Both the position numbers and the translations under genes were made by a program. Below are positions 37,389-43,881 of a stretch of 43,881 bases of DNA, one piece after another (within the stretch, counting starts at the first letter, position 1; every line of letters starts with the position of its first letter). The notes beneath the pieces are model-generated. The model did no database searches. It had not been told where the DNA came from and saw only the letters and a program-made list of their open reading frames with translations. The stretch is from a bacterium (GTDB lineage: Bacteria > Patescibacteriota > Minisyncoccia > UBA6257 > 2-01-FULL-56-20): NCBI GenBank assembly GCA_021777495.1, contig JAJYDL010000003.1:1-43881 (forward strand). Reading direction: 5' to 3'.

Positions 37389-37479
37389 CGCGAAATAACG
37401 CGCCGCGAAGAAGGGCGGGTTGATCTTGCGCCGCGGAAGATATCCGGGTTCGGTCGCCGCGGGTTCCCGGAGGAATGCG

Positions 37480-39471
37480 CTAGAGATGATAGACGAAGAT
37501 CGAGGTTCCGATCCGGTAATCCGGGGGCGGGAGGTTTCCCATAGCGCCGCCGAGCCAGGTGCCCGTGGCGTCGGCGGGAGGACGGATCGCGGTGAGCCAC
37601 GAGTACGTATCCGATGCATTGCGGGTCATATTCGGAGAGAGGGGCTGCGTGGCGAGCTCGAGCGTGTTTACGGAAACCGCGAGCCAGTGGATGCCGTCGT
37701 GTACGGGATTCCCTTTGCGCGACGACCAATTCACCTCTTTGTTTCCGAGATAGTACGCGGGGTTGCCGCCGCCGAAGTAATCGACGCCGATCTTGTCGAT
37801 CTCCGGATGGGAATCCACGAAGGATCGGAGCCGCAGGAGGTCCTGTCCCCAGTCGTAATTGGAATCCGTTACGAAGTGATATCCTCCCCACGTCCCTCCG
37901 CCGAGTTCGTTGAAATAGGAAAGGAAGTACGGCGCCGTGAAGAGCACTTCGAGTACGAACCAGGCGAGAAGCAGGACAAGGAAGGCGTATTTCGCGAGCG
38001 CGACTCCCGCCGAGCGCGCTACGGCGCCTATGCTTGAAAGGTCGAAGCGCATGATCCACGCGCGCCATGCTCCCGCGGCGAGGATGAAGATGAGGGGGAT
38101 CGTCGGCATGAGGTGCCTGATGCCGATATTGAGAGGGCTGTGCATGCTGTAGCCCCAGTACAGCGCGATGAACGATGCGAGCGAGAACTGCGTGAAATGA
38201 TCGTCGATATATTCGCCGAATTGCCGGCACCATGCGCGGATCCTTCCGGTCCCTTCCATCGCCGCATCGCGCGCACGCCGTCGCATCGCGCGGAGCGTCC
38301 ACCATGCGGCAAGGACTATCCCGATGAGCACGATGATGAGCGAAGGGAGCGGTTCCTTGAGGAGGAAGAGCGCGGGGAAATATATCCAGCCGCCCGTTTC
38401 CCTTACCTTGCCGAGGAAGTAGATCGTGTTTCCGCCGTCCACGCGCTGCAGCACCATGAGGATGCCGAGCATATACTGCGCGATCGGACGCGTGACGTAG
38501 CGGTGCGACATCCATATGTCGGCATCGGCAAGGCAGCGCATGCCGTGGCACAGCTGACCCGCGGGCGTGGGTCCCCCGGCGAACGATCCAAGGATGGCCT
38601 GCGTGTCATAGGCCTGCTTCGCGACGGGTTCGCCCGAGGTGAAGAGGAAGTATGCCGGATAGACGATCACCGCATATCCTATGATGAATACGAGCGCCAC
38701 CCTTCCCGCCCACCATCCGCACCGCCGCCAGAAGTGGCGCATGCGGCGCACGCGCTCCGTCGTGTTCCAGGAAGGGAGTACGTCCCGCAGCAACAGCGCG
38801 ATGCCGAGGAAGATATAGAGCGGTCCGAGAAGAGGCGCGGAGAATTTGGTGAGCTGTGCGATGCCGAACGCGATCCCCGCATACCAGAGGTTCTTTGCGG
38901 ACGGATCGTCCGCGAAGCGCAGGAAGAATATGAGCGAGAGCACGATGCCGAACGCCGCACCCACGTCCGTCGTCACGTAGTGGCCGTTCGCGAGCACCGC
39001 GGGATCGAGCCCGAAAAGGATTGTCGGCAGGAGCGCCCAGAGCGGTCCGAGCGTACGCCGTGCAAGGAACCAGACGAGGATGATCGCAAGGATGGTGAGG
39101 AGGATCGGCATGATGCGGCCCACCCGCACGATGGCGTTCGGGTCGTTCCCGGAATGATAGAGGAACTCGTATCCCATCGCCCATTCGCCGTTCACCTTGC
39201 TTGTCCAGGCGGGATTCGCGACGGGGAACGCGGGCTGCACGAAGAGCATCACGGGGAGCATCGCAAGCGCTTTTACGAGCGGAGGATGTTCCGGGTTCAG
39301 GCGGTAGTCGAGCATGCGCACGTATCCGTAACCCGCGGGGATGTGCGCCTGTTCGTCCATGATGGCGGAATCGGTCCGCGATGCCCACAGCATGAGGCCG
39401 AACGACGCGGCGCAGATGACCGCAAGCGCGGCCGCCGCCCACGCCGTCGTGAATTTCCGCAGGGTTTCCAT
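37480..39471 (-). CDS. GT-C fold membrane glycosyltransferase (PMT/ArnT family)
   Basis: DE motif (IMDEQAHIPAGY), NPEHPPLVK, VTTD, TKFS, many TMs, NIGIRH, DSNYDWGQD. Confidence 0.88.
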   Translation of the reverse strand: METLRKFTTAWAAAALAVICAASFGLMLWASRTDSAIMDEQAHIPAGYGYVRMLDYRLNPEHPPLVKALAMLPVMLFVQPAFPVANPAWTSKVNGEWAMGYEFLYHSGNDPNAIVRVGRIMPILLTILAIILVWFLARRTLGPLWALLPTILFGLDPAVLANGHYVTTDVGAAFGIVLSLIFFLRFADDPSAKNLWYAGIAFGIAQLTKFSAPLLGPLYIFLGIALLLRDVLPSWNTTERVRRMRHFWRRCGWWAGRVALVFIIGYAVIVYPAYFLFTSGEPVAKQAYDTQAILGSFAGGPTPAGQLCHGMRCLADADIWMSHRYVTRPIAQYMLGILMVLQRVDGGNTIYFLGKVRETGGWIYFPALFLLKEPLPSLIIVLIGIVLAAWWTLRAMRRRARDAAMEGTGRIRAWCRQFGEYIDDHFTQFSLASFIALYWGYSMHSPLNIGIRHLMPTIPLIFILAAGAWRAWIMRFDLSSIGAVARSAGVALAKYAFLVLLLAWFVLEVLFTAPYFLSYFNELGGGTWGGYHFVTDSNYDWGQDLLRLRSFVDSHPEIDKIGVDYFGGGNPAYYLGNKEVNWSSRKGNPVHDGIHWLAVSVNTLELATQPLSPNMTRNASDTYSWLTAIRPPADATGTWLGGAMGNLPPPDYRIGTSIFVYHL

Positions 39472-39571
39472 ATGGACACAGTATAGGACCCGCGCGCCGA
39501 ATAATCCAACGTTTCCGGGGCGCCGACGGAGCCCGGATTTGATGGTACACTATACGTGTACGACGACCCAC

Positions 39572-41773
39572 ATGGAAGCACCCAAGAGACCGATACAGTC
39601 ATCCCACCTCAGCGAAGAAGTCCGCACGGAGGAGCTCGCAAGGACCGTGATGGGGCCGAGAGGGGGTTCCCGCGGTCCGCACGGATCGCTTATGGCGCCG
39701 CGAAGGAAGCGCTCCCGTCCGCGGGGACTCTTCTGGGCCCTTGCGGGACTCGGGGTTTTTTTCGTTGCGGCGTTCGCCGGTTCATATTTCGTTGCGCGGC
39801 AGGAGCTTTCCGCCACCGTTTCCGCGAGGGAAGGTTCGTTGAGGGCGGGGGTGGAAGATCTCCGGAATCTCGACCTTGCATCGGCGTCGAAGGAGTTCTC
39901 GTCGAATAATGTGTCCGCGTCGGGGTGGATGGATTCTTTTGCATCGATCCTCTCCGGCGGCCGCGGCGCGTTCGGTGCGTGGGACGACCTTTCCCGGCAG
40001 ATGTTCGCCTTCACCCAGGACCTCGGGAACGCCGAACAGGATCTGTGGGGGACATTCGCATACGTTTCGGTCACGAACGGAGCTCCTTCTTCGACGGCCT
40101 CTTCCTCGTCCGCGCCTGTGCCTTCGTCCGTTCCGGGAAGCTCTCCGTCGCCGCTCGTGGGCGATCTTACGAACATCCGCACCGCGCTCGGCGCGATCGA
40201 TGCCGATATGAGTACGCTTTCCGGGGAGAGCGCCGCGCTCGGCGCCTTCGGTATCGGCGCGAATTCGGGCGCGCTCGGCGCGAATTCCGGGAATTACCTC
40301 GCGCTCAAGGCGCAGCTCGGCTCCGCGGAACAGTTTCTCGATGCGTTCATTCCGTGGTTCGGCGATACCGCGGCCCCGCACCACGTCCTCGTGCTTCTTG
40401 AGAATCCCTCGGAGATGCGGCCGGGAGGAGGGTTCCTCGGAAGCTATGCCGACGTATCCGTGCGCGGAGGGGCTATCACCGGGATTTCGGTGTATGACAT
40501 CGCCGACGTCGATGCGGCGTTCGCGCAAAAGATAATCCCTCCGGTCCCGCTCCAGCTCGAGGAGAAAGGATGGCGCCCTGCGGACGGGAACTGGTTCTTC
40601 GATTTTCCGACCTCCGCATCGGCCACGATATCCCTTTTCGAATCGTCGGCGCTTTACGCGGACGCATCGACCACGTTCGATGCGGCGATCGCGCTCACGC
40701 CGCGGACGATCGAGGACATTCTTTCCCTCACGGGCCCCGTGTCCGTCCCGGATGCCGAGCTTGGGATCGTGCCCGCAAAGGGAGCCCCCACGTCCACGAT
40801 GTTTTCCGCGGACAATCTTACCGAGGAGATCCAATCCGTCGTCCAGGCGGGACAGGCGAACCGTTCGCGCATCGCCGCGCCGAAGAGCGTGATCGGTTTC
40901 GTTTGGAAAGACGTCCTTTCACGGCTTGCGTCCTCCACTGCGGGTACGCAGCAGCAGCTTCTCGGCCTCGTGCCTGCATGGATCGCGAACAAGGATGTGA
41001 TGATTTATTCGAACGATGGCAATATCGAGAACTTCTTGCGCACCCTCGGCGCGGCGGGCGACGAGTTCCGGTTCCCGCAGGACTTCAACGGAGATTATCT
41101 CGCGATCGCGAACACCGACGTGAACAGCGACAAGTCGGAGCGTTACGTCTCCTCGACGATTTCGTGGACCGTGAGCATCGGCGCCCACGGCACCGCAACC
41201 GATCATGTGGCGATCGTGCGGACCCATCATGGCGATCTCGCGCCCCGCGCGGAGTGGTGGTATCGAACGACGAATCAGGATTATATTCAGGTCATGGTCC
41301 CCGCGGGCAGCACGCTCGACAACGAAAAAGGAGGATTCATAAAGAAGGTGCCCGCGCCGATCGATTATGCGAAGGGAGGGTATTCCTCCTATCCGCTCCT
41401 TGCGGCGATCCAGTCGAGCACCGTGCCGCTCTTTTCCGTTCCCGGCGTGACGGTCCTCTACGGAGCCGCGGGCGGGGCGTCCCCGATGGCCGATCCCGGC
41501 AAAACGGTGTTCTCGGTGTGGGATCGCACGTATCTCGCAAGCACCACGGAGGTCGCTTTCGATTATTCCCATCCGCTCTATGCCGCTCCCGCGGACGGCA
41601 TGCAATACGAGTTCGTCCTCGAGCGCCCCTCGGGCGCGGCAGGGGAATATAAAGTGGAGATCGATGCCCCCCTCGGCTATGTCTTCGCCGAGAACGGGCT
41701 TGCAAGCTTTCTCTATGATTCCACGAGCACGCCGGGGCGCCTGGTCTTTGACCTCACCCTTCAGAAGATATAA
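39572..41773 (+). CDS. DUF4012 domain membrane-anchored protein
   Basis: Single TM then LLENPSEMRPGGGFLGSY, DGNWFFDFPTSA, NSDKS. Confidence 0.85.
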   Translation: MEAPKRPIQSSHLSEEVRTEELARTVMGPRGGSRGPHGSLMAPRRKRSRPRGLFWALAGLGVFFVAAFAGSYFVARQELSATVSAREGSLRAGVEDLRNLDLASASKEFSSNNVSASGWMDSFASILSGGRGAFGAWDDLSRQMFAFTQDLGNAEQDLWGTFAYVSVTNGAPSSTASSSSAPVPSSVPGSSPSPLVGDLTNIRTALGAIDADMSTLSGESAALGAFGIGANSGALGANSGNYLALKAQLGSAEQFLDAFIPWFGDTAAPHHVLVLLENPSEMRPGGGFLGSYADVSVRGGAITGISVYDIADVDAAFAQKIIPPVPLQLEEKGWRPADGNWFFDFPTSASATISLFESSALYADASTTFDAAIALTPRTIEDILSLTGPVSVPDAELGIVPAKGAPTSTMFSADNLTEEIQSVVQAGQANRSRIAAPKSVIGFVWKDVLSRLASSTAGTQQQLLGLVPAWIANKDVMIYSNDGNIENFLRTLGAAGDEFRFPQDFNGDYLAIANTDVNSDKSERYVSSTISWTVSIGAHGTATDHVAIVRTHHGDLAPRAEWWYRTTNQDYIQVMVPAGSTLDNEKGGFIKKVPAPIDYAKGGYSSYPLLAAIQSSTVPLFSVPGVTVLYGAAGGASPMADPGKTVFSVWDRTYLASTTEVAFDYSHPLYAAPADGMQYEFVLERPSGAAGEYKVEIDAPLGYVFAENGLASFLYDSTSTPGRLVFDLTLQKI

Positions 41774-41800
41774 GAACCTTCGAGGGGCCTCTTTGCGGGC

Positions 41801-41826
41801 GTAACGAACGGCATATTCCCTCGTAT
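41801..41826 (+). promoter_or_regulatory. Putative ECF-sigma autoregulatory promoter
   Basis: GTAAC (41801-41805)-N16-CGTAT (41822-41826), 5 nt before the ATG of the ECF sigma gene. Confidence 0.55.
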
Positions 41827-41831
41827 CTACC

Positions 41832-42386
41832 ATGGAACGGAACAATGTGACATCCGATCGTCTGACCAAGCTCGCGCTGCGCATGAAAAAGGGCGACCGC
41901 CGCGCGGCCGAGGCTCTTTATGACGATCTTTTGCCGAAAGTGTACGGGTTCCTGTTTGTGCGCACCGGCACGCGGGAGATCGCCGAAGACCTTGCCCAGG
42001 ATGTCTTCGTAAAGCTCGTGGAGAAGATAGGCATGTTCAGCGAAGATCGCGGAAGGTTCACGGTATGGTTCTGGCAGATCACGCGGAACGTCCTGATCGA
42101 TCATTACCGGGAAAAGAAGGAAACCCCGTTCTCCGTGTTCGAAGACGAAGCGGTGGAGGGTATGGCCGTCACGGAGATGCCCGACATCGAGAAGCGGATG
42201 CGCTACGGCACCCTCAGGGAATTCGTCGCAGGGCTCCGTGAGGACGAGCGGGAGCTCTTCGAGCTGCGGTATGTTGCGGAAATGTCGTACAAGGACATCG
42301 CCGCGATGCTCGGCAGATCGGAAGGGTCGCTCCGCGTCGCGGCCATGAGGCTCAAGGAAAAAATACACAAAGAACTCGGATCATGA
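41832..42386 (+). CDS. ECF-type RNA polymerase sigma factor
   Basis: Region 2 AEDLAQDVF..FTVWFWQITRNVLIDHYR; region 4 LRYVAEMSYKDIAAMLGRSEGSLR. Confidence 0.93.
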   Translation: MERNNVTSDRLTKLALRMKKGDRRAAEALYDDLLPKVYGFLFVRTGTREIAEDLAQDVFVKLVEKIGMFSEDRGRFTVWFWQITRNVLIDHYREKKETPFSVFEDEAVEGMAVTEMPDIEKRMRYGTLREFVAGLREDERELFELRYVAEMSYKDIAAMLGRSEGSLRVAAMRLKEKIHKELGS

Positions 42387-43309
42387 ACTGGTTCACCCGC
42401 AACAATACGCTTCCCCGAAGGATCAAGGCAACGCTCGCGCCCGAGCGCCGTTTTGCCGCGGATGCGAAGAAGCGGTACCTTTCCCTCTACGATGCCGCGC
42501 ATGGCGGCGCGGCGGGGCACGGTGTCGGATGGCGCGTCGCATGGAGGTCCGCGGGAGCCGCGGCCGCGATCCTTGCCACCGTGGCGGCCACGTCCGCGTT
42601 CGCCGATGTCCGGAACGTCCCTCCCACGAACATGCTCTATCCTTTGAAGCGGCTTGCGGAGAGCGTCCAGCTCGCCGTGGCGCCCGCCGCGGCAAAGCCC
42701 ACCCTCGAACTTTCGTTCGCCGCGCGGCGCGCCGAGGAGATCAATGCGATCGCGGCGAATCCCGATGCGGCGGCCTACGCTCCGCTCGTGAAGAAGCTTA
42801 CGAAGAATCTCGATGCCGAAGTGAGCAGTTCGCTTGCCGACGAGGCGCGCACTCCTTTGAAAGGGGAGGCCCTTCTCAAGTTCTGCAGTTTCATGGGGCC
42901 GGCATTCTCGGAAGAGCAGGCGACCGCCACCGCGACCTCGTCCGCGACCGTAACGAGCACCCCGCCGTTTCTGCTTTCGGGAGAGGGAAATGGCCGCGAC
43001 GAACAAGTGAGCGTCGGCGAACGCGTAGCCGCGAACCAGGGTCTTTTTGCAAGGGTTGCGGGCGATTGCCCCTCTCTGATGCCGGGCGGTGCGACGACTT
43101 CGGTCGGGGAAGGTCACGGATCATTCCCGCACGGCCGCGGATCCGTATATCTTCCGCAAGATACGCCTTCGGGGAGCGCATCCTTTTCCGCTCCTTCGAT
43201 CGTTCCCGCGGGTGACGTTTCTTCGGGCGCATCGGGGAATGATGGCGCATCGGGTAAGGATGGGGGTGACGGAGGAAGACATTCGTTTTCCGGGTTTTCC
43301 GGGCGCTGA
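42383..43309 (+). CDS. DUF5667-containing putative anti-sigma factor
   Basis: ATGA overlap with the sigma stop codon; one TM; PPTNMLYPLKRLAESVQL...ARRAEE motif; disordered tail. Confidence 0.75.
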   Translation: MNWFTRNNTLPRRIKATLAPERRFAADAKKRYLSLYDAAHGGAAGHGVGWRVAWRSAGAAAAILATVAATSAFADVRNVPPTNMLYPLKRLAESVQLAVAPAAAKPTLELSFAARRAEEINAIAANPDAAAYAPLVKKLTKNLDAEVSSSLADEARTPLKGEALLKFCSFMGPAFSEEQATATATSSATVTSTPPFLLSGEGNGRDEQVSVGERVAANQGLFARVAGDCPSLMPGGATTSVGEGHGSFPHGRGSVYLPQDTPSGSASFSAPSIVPAGDVSSGASGNDGASGKDGGDGGRHSFSGFSGR

Positions 43310-43366
43310 TGCGGTCTCTCCGCACGGCATTTCCCCGTGGCCGCCATGCGTGGTATCATGTCCCGT

Positions 43367-43690
43367 ATGACGATAGATGAATTCAAGAATGCCGATCTCC
43401 GGGTAGGGGAGATCACCGCCGCGGAGCCGGTGGAAGGGTCCGAAAAGCTCCTCAAGCTCAAGGTCGACCTTGGAGAGGAGGAACCTCGCCAGATTTTGTC
43501 GGGAATCGCAAAGCATTACGCTCCCGGCGATCTCGTCGGGAAAAAGGTCGTGATCATCGCCAATCTGGAGCCGCGTATGCTCATGGGGCACGAGAGCAGG
43601 GGGATGCTTCTTGCCGCGCACGGCGCGGATGAGGCTCCGATACTCCTTCTTCCCGCGGGCGACGTTCCTCCGGGCGCGAAGATCTCCTGA
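43367..43690 (+). CDS. Stand-alone tRNA-binding OB protein (MetRS C-terminal/Trbp111/CsaA family)
   Basis: IDEFKNADLRVGEI, KLLKLKVDLG, RQILSGIA, NLEPRMLMGHESRGMLL. Confidence 0.9.
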   Translation: MTIDEFKNADLRVGEITAAEPVEGSEKLLKLKVDLGEEEPRQILSGIAKHYAPGDLVGKKVVIIANLEPRMLMGHESRGMLLAAHGADEAPILLLPAGDVPPGAKIS

Positions 43691-43742
43691 TCGGCGCACG
43701 CCCCGAAGTTTCCGCAGAATAAATCCACACCATCGCATATTC

Positions 43743-43881
43743 ATGAAACAGGGATTCCTCATTGCAGCATTCGTCGTGCTCGGCGCGCGCGTCGTCGAGA
43801 AGCGCGAATGCACCATTCCTCCTGAGATCGGGTACGGCGCGCAGGGGGCGGGCGGCGTCATCCCTCCGAGATCGGCAGAGC
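43743..43881 (+). pseudogene. Internally deleted FKBP-type PPIase remnant (runs off the window end)
   Basis: MKQGFLIAAFVVLGA joined directly to RVVEKRECTIPPEIGYGAQGAGGVIPP (FKBP C-terminal signature); the N-terminal half of the FKBP domain is absent. Confidence 0.55.

Noticed and set aside
1-43881. CRISPR array, diversity-generating retroelement, prophage or IS element
   Set aside because: No regularly spaced repeats, reverse transcriptase, TR/VR pair, transposase, integrase or phage structural cluster was visible by eye; a self dot-plot would be needed to exclude subtle repeats.

Overview
GC-rich chromosomal segment using the standard genetic code, most consistent with a Patescibacteria/CPR (Parcubacteria-like) bacterium. 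This is inferred from the gene mix (DUF4012, DUF5667 plus ECF sigma, stand-alone FtsQ-like gene, many S/T-rich secreted proteins, mostly SD-less and apparently leaderless genes), not from a database search. Housekeeping genes: recG, tyrS, serS, def, fmt, a DEAD-box helicase, tRNA-Lys(CTT) and tRNA-Gln(TTG). Stress and transport genes: Mn-SOD, BCP, an SQR-like flavoprotein, a P1B-5-type ATPase and an ABC exporter. The best candidate for an undescribed system is the six-gene cluster at 22055-32503. It encodes a 1630-aa adhesin whose C-terminal ~250 aa are paralogous to the next gene (a separately promoted WxL-like putative major subunit), a DUF916-like membrane protein, a secreted FN3/Ig protein ending in a dockerin, and two membrane-anchored cohesins. 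The subunit and the dockerin protein share an N-terminal A-x-V-x-x-S-V-x-V/I strand, which suggests a donor-strand-polymerised surface fibre tethered by cohesin-dockerin. Other notable items: an unannotated 40-aa K/R-rich sORF with its own terminator, a mosaic tail-fibre-like protein, a foreign-looking lipoprotein, a low-GC islet beside tRNA-Gln, and an FKBP remnant. No CRISPR array, rRNA, transposase, integrase or reverse transcriptase was seen. All family assignments come from motif recognition by eye.
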